The notes under the pieces: generated by a model
Told to the model about the DNA's origin: nothing
Database searches by the model: none
Seen by the model: only the letters and a program-made list of their open reading frames with translations
NCBI GenBank assembly: GCA_963555825.3
Contig: CAUVXB020000001.1
Span: 128,001 to 192,000 of the forward strand
Length of the DNA: 64,000 bases
Direction: 5' to 3'
From: Alphaproteobacteria bacterium
GTDB taxonomy: Bacteria > Pseudomonadota > Alphaproteobacteria > JAAXGF01
Part shown: positions 63,140 to 64,000 of the stretch, piece after piece
How positions within the stretch are numbered: the stretch's first letter is position 1
How the letters are laid out: each line of letters opens with the position of its first letter
Made by a program: the position numbers and the translations under genes

Positions 63140-63898
63140 ATGGGCGACTTCGACGGCAAGGTGATTCTGGTGACCGGCGGCTCGCGCGGCATCGGCGCGG
63201 CGATCACCCGGCAACTCGCGGGGGGCGGCGGCGAGGTCGCCATCCACTACAGCCATCATTCGCGCCGCGCCGAGGCGCTCGCCGACGAACTCGGGCCGGC
63301 GCGCTGTCACCTGGTGCAGGCCGATTTTTCCGATCCGGCCAGTGCGCTCGACGCGTGGCGCGCGGCGCTCGAATGGCGAGGCCGCATCGACGTGCTGGTC
63401 AACAACGCCGGCATCTATGCGTCGGCCGGCGTCGACGACGACTTCGCGCATTGGGCCGAGACCTGGCGGCGGACGCTCGACATCAATCTGGTGGCGACGG
63501 CGCATCTCTGCCGCGAGGCGATTGTGCACTTCCGCACCCGCGGCGGCGGCACGATCGTCAACATCGCGAGCCGCGCGGCGTTCCGTGGCGACGACATCGA
63601 CAACACCCATTACGCCGCGTCGAAGGGTGGCATGGTCGCGCTGACGCGCACCATCGCGCGCGGCCACGCCGCCGAGGGCATCCTCGCCTATGTCGTCGCG
63701 CCCGGCTTCGTGCGCACCGAGATGGCCGAGCAGGTCTTCAGCGAGGAGGGCGAGGCGCGCGTGCTGGGCGAAATCCCGCTGGGCGAGATTCCCGGTCCCG
63801 AAGACGTTGCCGAGGTCGTCGCGTTCCTCGCCTCGGGCCGCGCGCGCTTCGCCACCGGCACGACGGTCGACGTCAACGGCGCGTCTTACCTGCGCTGA
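63140..63898 (+). CDS. SDR-family oxidoreductase
   Basis: TGGSRGIG, VNNAG, YAASK, VAPG. Confidence 0.95.
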   Translation: MGDFDGKVILVTGGSRGIGAAITRQLAGGGGEVAIHYSHHSRRAEALADELGPARCHLVQADFSDPASALDAWRAALEWRGRIDVLVNNAGIYASAGVDDDFAHWAETWRRTLDINLVATAHLCREAIVHFRTRGGGTIVNIASRAAFRGDDIDNTHYAASKGGMVALTRTIARGHAAEGILAYVVAPGFVRTEMAEQVFSEEGEARVLGEIPLGEIPGPEDVAEVVAFLASGRARFATGTTVDVNGASYLR

Positions 63899-64000
63899 TG
63901 CCAATGGCGACGTCTTGGGATAGCCGACCGCACACCCAGTCACCGGTAGCGACGGACCTAACCATCCGTGAGATAAACTGGTAGATTCGCCGGTCGTACG

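Overview
High-GC alphaproteobacterial (Rhodospirillales-like, by inference) chromosomal window. The backbone carries recJ, tRNA-Glu, tRNA-Leu, a cinA-like gene, pit/DUF47, aminotransferases, chrA, sixA, doeA, dinB, parE and an Rrf2-sufBCDSUT operon. Twelve IS elements (IS3 x4, IS5 x2, IS630 x2, IS256, IS1182, IS1595, IS110/IS1111) cover about 15.5 kb (about 24%), and about nine host genes are broken by insertion, nonsense mutation, frameshift or deletion. A decayed island between the two convergent tRNAs hides a secreted Het-C/VWA7-like gene that can be rebuilt exactly once nested ISs are removed. The most unusual signals are: (1) an IS1111-type bridge-recombinase element inside a MITE, whose right end (subterminal repeat plus the donor-binding half of the bridge RNA) is amplified into a five-unit tandem array; (2) a strictly 52-bp-periodic IHF-site plus GGTGTCAGACACC palindrome mini-array; (3) a two-ORF IS3-like element making 14-15 bp target duplications; (4) a dispersed ~180-bp intergenic element whose internal CTT-N8-AAG boxes are flipped between copies. 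All family assignments come from motif recognition by eye; no searches were run.
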